From positions 29,450 to 93,449 of the forward strand of contig NMRA01000682.1 of the NCBI GenBank assembly GCA_002633005.1: a stretch of 64,000 bases of DNA, read 5' to 3'. The stretch is from Phoronis australis (taxonomy: Eukaryota > Animalia > Phoronida). The stretch's first letter is position 1; each line of letters begins with the position of its first letter. The notes beneath the pieces are model-generated. The model saw nothing but the letters and a program-made list of their open reading frames with translations, made no database searches and had not been told where the DNA came from. Positions 38,351-52,037 of the stretch are shown in pieces. The translations under genes were made by a program, and so were the position numbers.

Positions 38351-40041
38351 CTTGATTTTTCTGTGATTATTTGATAGGCAAGAGAAGCGCTGCTATTTTT
38401 GATCAGCATATACACTGTACATATGTTTCATTGGGATCTGCGGATGTTTACGTGCCGACAATCACAATGTATTTGAAATGGCCATCAGCACAAGTACTGA
38501 GAAAGTTTACCAGAATATAGAATCCCCCAAAATACTAATAATGCAGGTTACATTTCCACGAGTTACTTGTGACGTCGTCGGACGTTTGCAACCGGACAAC
38601 TATCTCGCAGTGCAGTTGAGAAGCACCGCCGTCGACGAAACCTTCCTATTTTCGCATGGGATGTTTAACGGCCATGGTACATGTACATGTACAGGATATC
38701 TCTTATTTGGGAAGAGGTGCATTTTTTGAATAGGGGAACCTGTGCATGGTGCATAACTGTGTTGGTACATATCCGTCAAAAGTGATTGATTCACGCCATT
38801 TCACCACTGACTCGTCTTTTCTGCACACGAGGCCGAAGGACTTATAAGCATTATCGTTGCAATACACATGTACCTTGTTGCCGTGTGCTACGGCCTGTTG
38901 TTATATGACGTCATACTGTATGGATGCCAGTCACGGTAAGCCACGCTCAGTCATCCACAAGACATATTGGTGTTGAATAACCAGAAAAGTGTTATTTTAT
39001 AATAAATCGACCTGAAATTTCAGTCTGTGAAATATACACGTTAAAGCACTGAACCATTCAATGATATCAAAAGTTTTTCGGAAACAATCAATCCGAGAAT
39101 ATAAAAAAATGAAACTATCCCTGAACCGATTCGTGCAACTGGGTGTCGTTTTAGCGCTGATGTATTTCTTAGTTTTCTGGGTCTTTTTTCGTGTCTTAGC
39201 TTCTGGACTGTAAATATAGTCGCAACATGCCCCCAGCATTGGAAAATAACGATGAAAACTATGTGGATTTGCAGAACTTGAGATAAGGACTGTATCGCAA
39301 AAAGCAAATTTTACGCTACGGCCGTCAGCGGTGGAGTACTTAGAACGTTATTATGTCACAATTTCCTGCAAGGAATGTAGATATGCTGTAAGCATCCACA
39401 ACGAAACGCTTTTGTCGAGTTAGATTTTAGGCTGATTTTGCTTGCTGTGCACGCATAGCTTCAACTATTTAAAATGACCCGCATTGAAACTTTAGCGAGT
39501 TCGAAAAATAGCCGCCTGGTCACCGTGCGTCGGAATTTCCATCGGTATTTTTTCTGTTTTTAAAGCATTAAAACTGGTTTTTCAGGAACGACGCCTTGGG
39601 TTGATGATATAGGTAACCCAAATGAACGAGCTCAATCAAATTTGGCGTTGCACAGGCAAAATTAGTCGACATGAAGATTGCTAACCAACTATGAAATACG
39701 GCCTCTACCGTGGTATACGCATTGGCTCCACTTTCCCGAAATTCATAGTTGATAATGTGACCTACCCAGCATCCGTATTTTCACATATATAGCAAAAGGA
39801 AGGGTATACAACAGAGGCATTTTGCATCCAGTCGCCTGATTGTTTAGTCAGTAGACTGATTGTCATACACGATTTCGCATAACATTGCTACTATGCATTG
39901 CGGGAGCACTTTTGGATCACCGCTGTGCTTATAAATTTTTACGCACCATACGGTTCACCTATACAATTTTACAAGGCCTCTTTCCAAATTACACTGTTAA
40001 CGTTTCACGGGCAGTACAAGAGTTGGAAAACCGACCCCTTA

Positions 40042-40195
40042 CGGTGGCGGATTTAAAGGGGGAGGGGGCAATGGACCCCCTAAAACTCTTCCAGATTCCA
40101 TTTCACAATTAGGGGGTGCGAATGTCTGACGGGTAAAATCCTGGATAATACTTTGCCCTGGCCCAACCTAACTAAAAATCCTGGATCCGCCCCTG
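40042..40195. mobile_element. MITE, CAG(T/G)GGCGGAT-TIR family
   Basis: Ends CGGTGGCGGATTT / GGATCCGCCCCTG, with 5-bp TSD CCTTA. Confidence 0.8.
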
Positions 40196-40361
40196 CCTTA
40201 AAACAAATAAAAGTTAGACAAGTATAAGTCGTGCTCAAACTCAAAGGACAGCTTCGCATTCTACGATTCGGGAGCTCGAAAAATCGTGTCGGAGTAAACT
40301 GTAGCCGTTTTAAGATTAGTAGAGTCGATAACTGCTCAGAAGATAACATGTAATTACTAAC

Positions 40362-40525
40362 GTCGCCGTAACGATACTGCTTGCGGTCCCTGTGAGTTCC
40401 GGTTCTCCTGCGGAATTATAAACACACGTATAGCTGTGCTCTGAGTCGGGGCTCCCAGAGTTTGCACCGTTAGATAAAACTGTAGCATAAATTACGATAT
40501 CCACGTTGCCTCCTCCACTTGGTAC
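40362..40525 (-). CDS. ZP-domain protein exon 3 (ZP-N Cys4, linker)
   Basis: ttttcag|GTA acceptor (phase 0) and AC|GTTAGT donor (phase 2). Peptide VPSGGGNVDIVIYATVLSNGANSGSPDSEHSYTCVYNSAGEPELTGTASSIVTAT includes the ZP-N terminal C-x-Y motif. Confidence 0.9.
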
Positions 40526-41002
40526 CTGAAAATATAGTCAGAGTATGATACTCAGGGTTACTCAAGATTTTCTCATTTTTGACATGCAGTTACTGAGACG
40601 TTAGAACAGGATTACCGTTCCACTGCACGACTTTGCAATATTAACTCACAGGACAAGTGAACTGCAAGTCTTTGCTGGTAGTAATTGCAACATACAGTAG
40701 ATACGATTCATCCGTCTAGAATAGAAAAATTCCACGATATTTGTTGGGATCACTGACTGTGGATATAAATGTACTGGGACAAAGTTAATGGCCCGGATGT
40801 AGCAATAATATGTTCCTACTCTAAAATTGGCAAATTTCCATGAAACGTGGCGTGGCATGCTATGTAGACGCAATTAGGACATACACTGCGACTATAGGAC
40901 AAAACCTTTGCAAGGCGTTATCGAATGAATAAAGGTTGAAAGTTGTTGAAGGTGATTTCACAATTGCATTCGAAGAATCTGGCATATCAAACAGGCACTG
41001 CT

Positions 41003-41267
41003 CACCATGTACTCGTTCCCTCCATGTTTCCATCCATCCATGTTTCACTTCCCTCCATGTTTCACTCCCCTCCATCTTTCACTCCCCTCCATGTTTCACT
41101 CCCCTCCATGTTTCACTCCCCTCCATGTTTCACCCCCCTCCATGTTTCACTCCCCTCCATGTTTCTCCAACTTCCATGTTTCATTATCCTCTATGATTCA
41201 CTCCCCTCCATGTTTCACTCCCCTCCTTGTTTCACCCACCTCCATGTTTCACTACTCTCCATGTTTA
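41003..41267. repeat. 17-bp minisatellite (ATGTTTCACTCCCCTCC)n, ~15 copies
   Basis: Directly visible; explains the spurious periodic ORFs at 40936-41351. Confidence 0.95.
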
Positions 41268-42524
41268 TGTGAGTGCTCGTCTAGCGTAATGTTGCTTACC
41301 AACAAAGCTGATGCACGAGGCATAAAATTATCTCGTAGTACCCATCAGTAGTTACCACCCAGAAAGGTGAGCCAAATCCAACTATTTTGTTTGTTGAATG
41401 ATTAATTAAGGTTAACCTTTAATTCCATGTTGAAACCAAAGTTCAACCTGATCATCATTTATGAGCCCCTCATCACCCAAGTATATGTAACTATCCAGAG
41501 AGTGTGCTAGCTAATTCACAATGCCTTATCCATGAAAAATCACACTCACGCACGCACTCAAACAAACAGATAACAATACAAAGCCTAAGTGAAAGTTAAT
41601 TTTTTAATATAATGTGCCACTGTTAGTTCGGCATTGTTTTGGGCAAAGATTGCTGATAAATAGAAAAACAAGAATAAACATCCGCTATATTGTTAGCTGT
41701 TTTCAAACTTTTTCCACCAGCTACTACCTGAATCACCAACTTGAATAAGCTGTAGTTGTGCTTGATCAAATATTCGAAGATGTCCACGGTAAGTGTGAAC
41801 TTGTGGGACTCGAACTTGGTTGTGGCAGTCTAACATAATCTCCTTCCGTCCACTCAGGCTACAGTATGAGCAGTTGCAATAGCTGATATCAAGAAGAGAT
41901 AACCAGGAAGGGACAACTGTTTTAGCGCATTTTAACGGATATTCAAAAGTGATTTCAAAAGTAAATGTTAAAGTCGTCTGGAATCCAAGCATTGTGTTTG
42001 AAAGCTTATTCCTTTAGCTATAAGATGACACCACTTTGGTCCTCAAAGACTGCATATTAATGGCACTAGGGTGCTTTGAACATGACTTGTTTTACCCTTA
42101 AAAAGATCCCTCTTTCCAGGCATGTACTCGGGCATGATCCTCTTTTTTGAACCAACAGATGTCACTTATATATGCAAATGAGGCTCGCATCCCACGTCAT
42201 ATGACGTCATACGACGTCATATGACGCGAACTTCCAATTTGAACCCTCCGGTGCCTATATAGCGAATGACTTGAAACGCAGGTCTACCTGATTAGGCAGA
42301 TCTAAGAAAATTACAGTAAGAACTCACACAAGTCAATGTTCAAAGAACATTGAATGGTTTCACATGAAAATACATTTAATTGTATTTGGATACGCTTGCA
42401 TATGTGTAAGCGTAGACTTAGCCATTTTGCTTAAATCCAGATTTAGAAGCAGGTGTTAGTCAAGGCTGCTCCCGCCGGGTGGCAGGTGTCGTGGCGTCCG
42501 AGTAGCCGGGAAGTCCGATCCATG

Positions 42525-42631
42525 CATGCGCAATTCGACGAACTAATGCTAGTCGCTGGTCAGCTAAGCTATGATTCATGCGCAATTCGAAGAACTAATG
42601 CTAGTCGCTGGTCAGCTCCGCTATGATTCAT
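42525..42631. repeat. 52-bp tandem duplication
   Basis: CATGCGCAATTCGA-GAACTAATGCTAGTCGCTGGTCAGCT--GCTATGATT starts at 42525 and 42577. Confidence 0.9.
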
Positions 42632-43534
42632 CTGAGACGTGCGGTCTAACTCGAACCTATACCCGTGTTCTGGCTCCAAGGTTGTTTTGTTTGACCCAGT
42701 TTCGGGAAAAGTTTATTTTACTACAGTCATTTCCTGAAGATTTTTTTGAAAGCTATGATCCCGAAATCCTTGGCCTATAGAGCTGTATCAAAATTCATTG
42801 TTGAAACACAGCCGCACTGGTCCAGCTTCTGCCGCCGGCGGCTGGGGAAAATGCCATGGAACGCGTGTCCCAAAAATGCACACACTTCAACTCCTGCAGT
42901 TCAAGTTCTTTTTCCGTCAATCACTGTGCGCGTATCCTACGCGGGCAGCCAACACCTTATTTTTAACGTGGGTGCGTCACTGAGTCACGACGTGTCCAGC
43001 CTTTGCAGTATGCACGGGAATGTCAAGCAAACGATTCGGTTTAGAAGAACCTAAATTCATTGCACAATACTACTGGGAACTACAAGCATCAAGGAAATGC
43101 AAAGACAATCTTTCCAAATTTACGAGCAATGACTTGAATTTCTTTTTCGATCCGATCTACGGTTTGTAATTTTTTTAATTTCTTTAGTCTAGTTTTTTTA
43201 AAATTCAATACATTCATGAATATCACTGTTATCGTTTAGAGTCCTTCTTTGCGATATGGTGGTCTGATGATGGTTCGAATTTTTACAAGCCCGTCCTTCA
43301 GCCTTCAACTAAGTTCAGTGACGCATCGTCATTTCTTACAAGACAGCTCCTGTGCTGTGCACGAATGTTTTGTGTTTTTGATGAATTTGAAATCTCAACT
43401 TCCCCTCGTGAGTAGTTGGCAGTGTCATGTCGGAGGTGTATAGAGGGCGCAGCACTAAAAAAGTGGGGCTAAAGCCCCCTCAGCCCCCTGCAGTGCACCG
43501 CCTATGGACCATTGAAAAACTTGAACTGAATAAA

Positions 43535-45476
43535 AGAAGAATGCCACCCGATTTAATTAGTCTTTTTTGCCTTATTAATTGGACTATATCCACATCGCCT
43601 CGCACGCGGTCGACTTTATCTTGCCAAGAGGTGTCTCGTTAACCTGTGAGGAAGGTGAGGAACGACGCTAGCGACGTCAGTGATTCATCTGCACCAAATG
43701 AGAGTGAATGCAGCTATGGTGCGGTGCATCGTTCCCGCTTGTGCGAGCTATGCAGCTGCGAGGAAAGCGGGAATATCGTTTTTTCGACTTCCTGGAGAGT
43801 CCGAAATGTTTAGGAAGTGGATCGCAGTAGTGAAGAATGAAAAGTACGCTGTAAATAGCAAGTAAGAGGCCGTGTAACATCTCCTTGTCTGTGGCCTGCA
43901 GTGGTCGACAGCCGCGTGAGTGCCTGACGAATCCCAGCTTGCCAAGTAACTATCCCTACGTTCCCGGCGTTGTCTGAGCTTGTTCACGGCGCTTCTTTAG
44001 TATTTCTTCATCACTGTATTCCTGTTCGAACAGATAGCCTGTGAAACCTAACGATCCACCTGCGAAGTCTTCGTCGGGACTGATGAGCTCTCGTCTAAGT
44101 CGCGGGTTATTGCGAGTTGCCATGTTGACGTTTAATACTGAGCGTTCTGTTTCAAAATGAATTATTCTCACCCTAACCAATACTTATATAAAACTGAAAC
44201 AAAGTCTGTCTCGTTAGATGCAATTTGTAATGCCTTTGGAGTGTTCCTGAGTGCAAACATGATTTGAGAAGCCAGCAATGAATAAATCCCTGCGTTACCG
44301 GCTTTCAGTGCAATAAAACTAATTGACGGGACACCGAGGCCGTGTGAGCTCATGCTAATTTAGTACTAGATGGCAGAAACTGTTGTGAAACAACTAGATT
44401 TCCATCCCACGGCCAGGTGTTAGGGGAACCTTTATTTATATTAACATTATTCAAATAATGATTGTCAATGTACAGCTTCTGCCCTGACAATGCGCGCACC
44501 CAGGGGCGCTCAGGGGCTCGAACGAGCTAGGGCAAAGTGGCGAAGTGGACAAAAAGGTCCGCCTCTGGGAAACAAAAAGTCCGAGAAAATGAGACTAAAG
44601 TCCTCTAAATAAGCACAATCGCGCAGTTCACAGTGGTGCCTCGTTTTTTTAGCTCACCCGCTTTTTTGTTACCAAAAGGTCCACAACGTCAGAAATTCGA
44701 GCCCCCATATTGAAGGCTGGGTGTGCGCATACTGACGGTGCTGTGGACAAAGCGGAATCTGAATTCGCGGCCCCGACGAGTAAGTAGATTTGCAGTTTCG
44801 TGGCTAATTCACGAACATAATCACGTGCACACTAATTTGGCTCACTAGTATAGTATTTTACTGACTAGAAGTTTAGTTTCCAACTTTGGCTGGTTTATGT
44901 TCGTGATGTCTGATCATTTTCCGAGACACTGGTCGGGATAACGAGTCAATCCGGCCGGCCGCGACGGGCCTGACCGGGCTTCGTGCCACTGGCCAGGATA
45001 ACGAGCGTTTTGCGTGTTTAGAACTCAAAAAATCACAATTCTAAACAGCACAGACTAGGTTCTCCTGTCTGTATCTCACGGAAAAATACTTCAAATTTAT
45101 CTCCGAAAAGACCCCAAACTCCTGCTACGGACCTTATTGGAATGCCGAGCCGTTGTAGGCTACGGCCGTGTCCAAATACCAATAAATCCGTAAGAGCGAA
45201 ATAAAACAACACGTTTTTATACGAACTCGGTGTATTACATCGAAGTTTGATGATTTATTGGTGTAAAACGATGAATTCAAGCGATAAGCTGACACCAGTA
45301 ACCCGTGTTGCGAACTGCTGAACAGACTGCGTGTGAAACCAGTTACGTCATTGGATAATTTCAAAACCTCAACCTGCCGTCAGGTGTCAGGTAACGCAAC
45401 CGCGCGTGCCGTTATGGAGTAGAACTACTCGATCTAAATTGATAAAAATTAGGTTGTTTTTGGGTGGCATGCTCCT
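43535..45476 (+). mobile_element. Kolobok-type non-autonomous element, copy 3 (both ends present)
   Basis: TAAA|AGAAGAATGCCACCC ... GGGTGGCATGCTCCT|TTAA. THAP start MVRCIVPAC...FFRLP...RKWIAVVKN at 43716. Convergent ORF start MATRNN...GFTGYLFEQEYSDEEI at 44123->43956. Confidence 0.85.
44489..44731. mobile_element. MITE, CATGCGCGCACCCAG-TIR family, nested in Kolobok copy 3
   Basis: 5-bp TSD CTGAC. The empty site (a single CTGAC) is visible in Kolobok copy 2 at ~19224. Confidence 0.85.
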
Positions 45477-47681
45477 TTAATACGCTCCGCAAAATTTTTG
45501 CTGTACAAATTTTCTCGAATTTTCGAAATACATTTATGAATGTTCAAGTGCACATTTTCAAGAGCGCTTAGACGACCTATGCTGCGAAAACGGAGACCCT
45601 AACAACAATTCTTCTGGTCAGGGCCCTCAAATGGTAAACCATACACTGATACAGAGTTTTCAAAGTTCTCTTGAGTTTTCTCTCTGATCAGTATTCGAAG
45701 TTTTTCCTTTTTGTCTTTCCCCTTCCCACACCTTCGTCGGTTGCCATGGTTTAACCCTGAGGCATGCAATTTTTTGGGGTGGCACTCGCCCTCCCCCCGC
45801 TTACTAAAGTCCTGATGCAAGGAGTCCATCGTTGGTCCAAGGTCAATGTTGCGTTTCAACACGCACTCGTTCTATAGCTTGAGCATTAAATTAAAGGTTT
45901 AAGAAATACAGGAGCAGTTTTGCGCATTTAATTGTGCGTGTAAAAGGTTTTATGGATTCGTACCGAATTTGTTGCTGCAACTTGTCTCATGGGCCTGTAC
46001 CCGGCGCGTGATCACAAATGTGGACACTAATTCGGCTATTGCGCAAGTCGACTGTAGCATGGTGGCCATTGAAAATGTAAGGCAGCAGGCCAGTGGGCGT
46101 GTGTGCTTTCTAGTCTCTTATTATGAAAACCATTGAAGCCAATTATCAGCACCTGCAAACAAGAATTTTGAAGTATGGAGAATTTCAACAGGAGTTTGCT
46201 GTAGACTTAGTCGCGAAGCTGCTGACATTGCAGCCACGGTTACTGCCGGTCCTTCGAAGCAATGATAGCACATATATACCATTTTTTAAGAATGGCAAGG
46301 GTGCGTTTTGTGTTGACGGAAATGTCCATGGCGTCGAGGAATCTGAGGCATTTAATGATGAACAACTGTTGTGGCTTAATTTGAAAAACACTTAGCAAAA
46401 CTAACTTCCAAGTATGCATACTGTGGCGGAATTAAGAAATACGGCTATGGCAGTGCTAACTGTAGCAGAGCCACAAAGTGTGCTAAAATGGTAGGAAATT
46501 TCTGTAGCAAATAAAGGGTTGATTGGCGCAGAAGGCAGAGGTCTTCAATGGTCAGAAACATTTCGGCAGGCAAGAGACTTGCCAAGAAAATGGCACAGTT
46601 GAGTCCGGACATTCTAAAGGAAAGAACAGCAGCCAATCCCAGTTACTCGGTGCAACTTCTCTCACCCGACGGCGTTGTTTCGCGATACCACAACCTCAAA
46701 CAACGTCATAGAAACGCAACGCGGAGGGTGAGATATTTCAGAGTATTAATATTTATTCTTGGATACAGGTGTCCACCTCAAAATGAATAACCCACGGTCA
46801 TTCTTTATGCCGATAGCAGTGTTTTCGCCACCTGAAGAAGAACAGGAATCATAGACATCCCGCGCGCTCCGTCTATGGTTCTGTCACTTCAAACTTTCAA
46901 CACGATAGGTAGCCGCAGAAAATTCGATGTCGACCTCATATTCTAATCTTCTCTGCAATCCACAGTCTGGGGACGAAAACAATTCAAATCCGCTCCTCGA
47001 AATAAGGCTTGCTTAGCGGGAGTTCAGAACTGCGGTCATGAGAGTGTTTTCACCTCCTGATTGAGAAGCGATCGAGTTAGCTGTGGTATCTTCATCAGCG
47101 CGTGCTCTCAGCGGGAGGTCACCGCTTTATGCACTCAAGCGCTCGACAACAACTAAACTGAAGAGAGTCTCAGAACTCCCACATGCAAATTTGATATTCA
47201 AATGAGGCAGTACTTGACTACTGCGCCATCTGCATGTATACATCGACGGAAAAGCTTAAATACCCGTGACTGCGTGTGGGAAATTGGGATTGCGTGCGCT
47301 GAAGTCGATATTTTCAAAGTACAATTACACCACTGTTTAAGGTTGAAAAGTGAGTTTTTTGATATCCTTCTATAGAAAAAGCTTTAATCTCTCTGTTAAA
47401 GTCGTCGGTTTCTTTTTAAACGAAACTTAAGTATTGAAATTAGTACGGGGAAGGAGGCCAAAAAAACGGCGGTTTAGCTAGTTGTCCCTTCCTGGTTGTC
47501 TCTTCCTGCTGATATTCAAAAAAGCCGCGTCATATTAGAATTCACTATCCTGCCAGATGGTGATCACGTCTTTGGTGGCCATGCGCTCAGTGCTACCTAC
47601 ACATCGCTTGTAATGTAGACGGAAGGTTTCAACCCGGTGATTTACATGTAAATAGCGTTTAGCACCTTTTCTGCAATCATA

Positions 47682-47860
47682 ATGCCGACATATCTTCGTT
47701 GATGTGTGGTGGAACTTACGGAACAGGCAAACCTCTTAAAACATCCAAGAATAAAGGAAATCACGTTCCATATATTTTTCATTGCGAAGAAGAAACCGCC
47801 GCTGCTCAGTCGGTGGCTGCGACTAATAAAGAGGGATAATTGCGATCCCAGCCGATGCCA
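47682..47860 (+). pseudogene. Degenerate THAP-domain remnant (transposon-derived)
   Basis: MPT...KHPRIKEITFH.F...LLSRWLRLIKRDNCDPS, with frameshifts. Confidence 0.5.
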
Positions 47861-48000
47861 AAAAGCTTAAACAAATTATTGAACTTCACCTAATCTAACA
47901 ATAGGAGGGGTCGACAATGGTGTTTGATCTTCTGTTGACTTTATCCACTAGTCAACAAATGGTTCATTTTTGCAAACAGCTCTCGATGTTTTTTCTTCGC

Positions 48001-48185
48001 CACCCAGTACACTGTGATACTCTTCCTTCCGCACACAGTACACTCTGATTCTCTTCCTCCCCCACACAGTACACTCTGATACTCTCCCTTCCCCACACAA
48101 TACACTCTGATTCTCTTCCTCCCCCACACAGTACACTCTGATTCGATTCCTTCCCCACACAGTACACTCTGATACTCTTCATCCG
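48001..48185. repeat. 31-bp minisatellite, ~6 copies
   Basis: Unit CACAGTACACTCTGATTCTCTTCCTCCCCCA. Confidence 0.92.
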
Positions 48186-51100
48186 CCATTAATGTTCTCT
48201 TACTGATGCAAGCTATTTGACTTTAGCTTCTTCATTCTGCTTTCTATTTTCATTTTCAACAGAAGTTCCTCCATGTTAACGGTTCTGAAACTGTTTTTAT
48301 ATTTTTTTTTTGTAATCTTCCAAACCTTTCCTCCGATTTTTGAGGATACGTTATTACTACTTGCACAGGCTTTGGAGATAGGCCGTTCAGTTGGACGTGG
48401 AGGTACCACCACAACAGGGGATGTCACCCAGTCAAAATGCTGACACAGGCTGTGTACATGGAGTAGATTCTGGATTCTTGTAAATATCTTCGCCCTATTA
48501 GTCACCAAGAGCATGTAAACTAGTCGCCCACCACAGTCGTTCACACTGTAGCAACTTACCAGCTTCCAACAACGTCTACAACAGCTTCAATTGAAGCTAC
48601 ATTTTGGAAAAAGGTCAAAATGGGGATATTCAGTTGGATCCTTCATTGAATGTTAGGTTTTCACAGAACCAACTTGGTGAAACCATTGTCCTTTGAACCT
48701 AACTAATTGCCCTGTCCCTGCTGCCGAATAAAGGTCACACGAGGTTAGCTACATGTACCAAGTGAAGTGTACGTCATGTGCTTTACGTTACTACACGCGT
48801 CTATGTTCATCTAGGTTAGATTAGTTGATTCCTACTTTAAACAAAATTGCGGTCTAGATCGAGTCATTTGCATCCATTTGATTTCGTCAGTGACCATGAT
48901 TCATTATCTTTTCCGGCTCACCTCTGGTTAACCATAATTCATGAAATGATGTCGGTCAAAGCACCTGCACCTGGAGAATAATAAAATGACCAATAGGTGC
49001 GCCACATTATCCGGAAATCGAGCGATCGCGGTGCATTATCGTCAAAAACTTATGCACAGACTTTTGGCAAATTCTTTGAGTTACATGTACCTAATGCTAT
49101 AACTGTTTTCTTGTCGAAAATTAAAACAGCCAGCTGGGAAGGTCACCGTAATTGAGTCCGTCCAAATATCCACTGGTGGCGGCTTATTCCCGCGATAGAG
49201 AATAAATTTTGTTATGATCTTGTAAGAAGCGGACGCAGGACGGACGCCAGTCAGACAGATGGAAGGGCCTGCGAGATCTTGGCTATATAAGACCAAACCT
49301 TTATTATTGGAGCATAAAATTATGATTGCCCTTATATCCGAAGAAATGGTATGGTCTTATATTACCCCAAGTCATGGTTTCAGGATAGTGTCCACCATTT
49401 GAAAAAGGTGTATATGTTTTCTCTTAAATTCAAATTCTCTTATTTCTGGCTCCGTTTATACATAATAAGCGTTAGGGAAACAGAATGTACCAAAGTTCTC
49501 CCATTCCTGAGAAACAAACCGGAACTATTATCGAACAGTGAGACGAAATTCAAAACCTAAAGGAAGATGAAAAGTTGCAAAGTATTTAAATTGCACCACT
49601 ACAGTGACTGAGGTACCGATTGTGGTAGAGATGCTAGAAATAGAGAGAGAGCTGCGGCTACACATGTAAGGCGACAACGAACATATGAGGAATCAGATGC
49701 ACAGGTTCACACGCGCAACATGAGTGCACAGATGAAGTGAACACGAAACTAACAAAAAAATGAAGTGTTTGGTTTGGCGCTCTCAGAACATGAATTCAAC
49801 TTACCTGACGGTCTCATATAGGGTATGTATTGAGCTTTCAACCAAAACATTTGAATAGATTTTTACGTCGGTGAGAGACAAGCAAGACAAAGTTTTTTTT
49901 CAAAAAATGATCTATCTGTTAATGCACATTTTCATTCGCTGGGTTTATCATATAGGCCAAAAGAATTGATTTTTTCCAAAGTAATATCTGCGATTCTGAA
50001 CTGTTGAGCAGCACAGCAGATTGTCCCAATTACAACTCACCTAGTCAGAATTCAACAGGGTGACCAAATAGGGAAAGTGGTTGTCGTCGGCGGGAGGCCA
50101 ACTTGGGAAATCTTGTCAATGAATGTGGAGGAGAATGAGGGCAAACGCAGTTTTGGTAAGGAGGTTTTACTCTGCAACAAACCGAGGTGTTATGGGCCAC
50201 TTTTGACCACCACCCGGGCGCCAAAAGTGCAGGGCCAAATTTGAAGGACATTCTCGTTACAATTTGTGTACTTTTAATCAAAAAATAAACGCAAAAATAA
50301 AAATATAATTTTGATGAGACGTCACAAGTGCATCTGAGGCTCTTTCCAACAAAACTGACTTAGCTAAGACAAATCTTAATTTTTAGTAAATTTTAAGATA
50401 AAACCTAAATTTGTCTCGAGACTGGTTTAAGCAAGAGATCCTAAGTTTTGGATAAAAGTTCAATCTTAATGTTAACTATCTGACCTTATGTGGAATTTTC
50501 AAAGTATGAAAGTTAAGACAAATCATAGACTTAAGTCAAAAAAGGAACTTTAGTCAGTTTCTTGGAACGGGCCCCCGGTCTCCGAAGTTGTGTTGTTCTA
50601 CACCAGCCGCCAGCAGTAGCGGCCTTAAAAACTGAGTTCGACTGAGTGAAGTGACACATATTCGTGCGTCGAGCACAGGTATGGCACTACTCGATGGAGC
50701 AATCAGTCAGGGGCTACAAGTAGCCTGATTTTGCTCAGCTCATTTTGAAGTGCTTCGATGAGTCGCAGAAAGGGAGATTTGATGAAGGTTTCTTCAAGAT
50801 GAAAGCGCACTTGATGGAGAAAAAGTTTATTGTGTTGTACATGTACCATTGCTAGGAACGTAGTTGCCAGGCACATATTGAGTTCGAACCTCAGCATAAA
50901 AATTGTGAGATAATGAATGTGATTACAGTAACTTTCCATCAGTTAATTTTTGTTCAAGCCATTTCCACGTCTATACTGTCTGCGTGACAAGACTGATCTC
51001 AAAAATGTAGGTCAATACTGTGACGTAGTGAGCAAAGGACGCGAACCTCACGTTCTCTTTCGCGTTTAACGTGTTGTCGAAGCACTCTACCAAAGCAGCG

Positions 51101-51205
51101 ACACATGTACTGAGAACAACAAATATACATGTACATGTAGATATAGCAGTTTATCACTATAGTGAAAACGGATAGATACCGCTAGTGCATGTACACTATA
51201 CTCAC

Positions 51206-51372
51206 ACTCAGCCCACAGTCGCTATATGTAAATGTCAATGAACCATCGCCCCCACTGACGGCTGCCTCGCACGCACTGGTTCCAGCTTTGCCTTTGACAT
51301 GCATTTTCGTTATCGCACTGTCAGCCCCTGTTATAACTAGCTCTGACCCACCTGCTGCACAACTGAATGAAC
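51206..51372 (-). CDS. ZP-domain protein exon 2 (ZP-N Cys1-Cys3)
   Basis: ttttacag|GT acceptor and AGT|GTGAGT donor (phase 0). Peptide GSFSCAAGGSELVITGADSAITKMHVKGKAGTSACEAAVSGGDGSLTFTYSDCGLS has ZP-N-like Cys spacing. Confidence 0.9.
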
Positions 51373-52037
51373 CTGTAAAACGAACAACGTGTGACATCGT
51401 AAGCTGCCGTGGATGATAAAGTCAAACAGGCTTTAACACTTTCATTTATGTCAATATCAATATCAACACAGCTCATAAGTTCTCGACACTTATCGTTTGC
51501 TTCCTGACTTAGTAATTTTTCTAAAAATACACCTGTTTTCTCACTATGCCATTTTTATTACTCGTTTTTTAATGCTCTACAAGGGGCACAGAGGGTACAA
51601 AGCTTGGGAAGCCGGTATCCCTCAATGCATTGTAAGTGTACTAGGGCGTGTCCAACCCCTGTGATAAATTACTTGGTTAGTTGCGTTCTCGTGGTCTTGG
51701 CCACCCTTCAAGAGTCGAGCATTGTTCATGCTATGGTGTCTTAAGTTTTTCAATATAATTAGCATGTTTGGAAATTCCTGTGCAGAACCCACACAGTTGG
51801 CTATTATATGTTTTGTATTTTTGTATTTTGGAATTAGGTTATAACTGTGTTAGATGTGTCAATTGATTATACTGTTTTTTTCGTTGTTTGCAATGGACGA
51901 GACATCATCAGCATCGAAACATGGTTCACATGGTTGAATTTCGAGTTGTTTGCGGTTCTAAAACGAAAAGAGATTTACATGTAGCTCATGGCAAGTCTTA
52001 CATGTAGCTCAGTGTCTTAATCGTTTTACAATCATAC

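Noticed and set aside
40936-41351. Three overlapping periodic ORFs
   Set aside because: Translations of a stop-free 17-bp minisatellite.
41690-43080. Possible Sola-like transposase remnants on the minus strand
   Set aside because: Only vague motif resemblance, with no TIR/TSD pair identified.
47941-48189. Cys/Gly-rich repetitive ORFs
   Set aside because: Translations of a 31-bp minisatellite.
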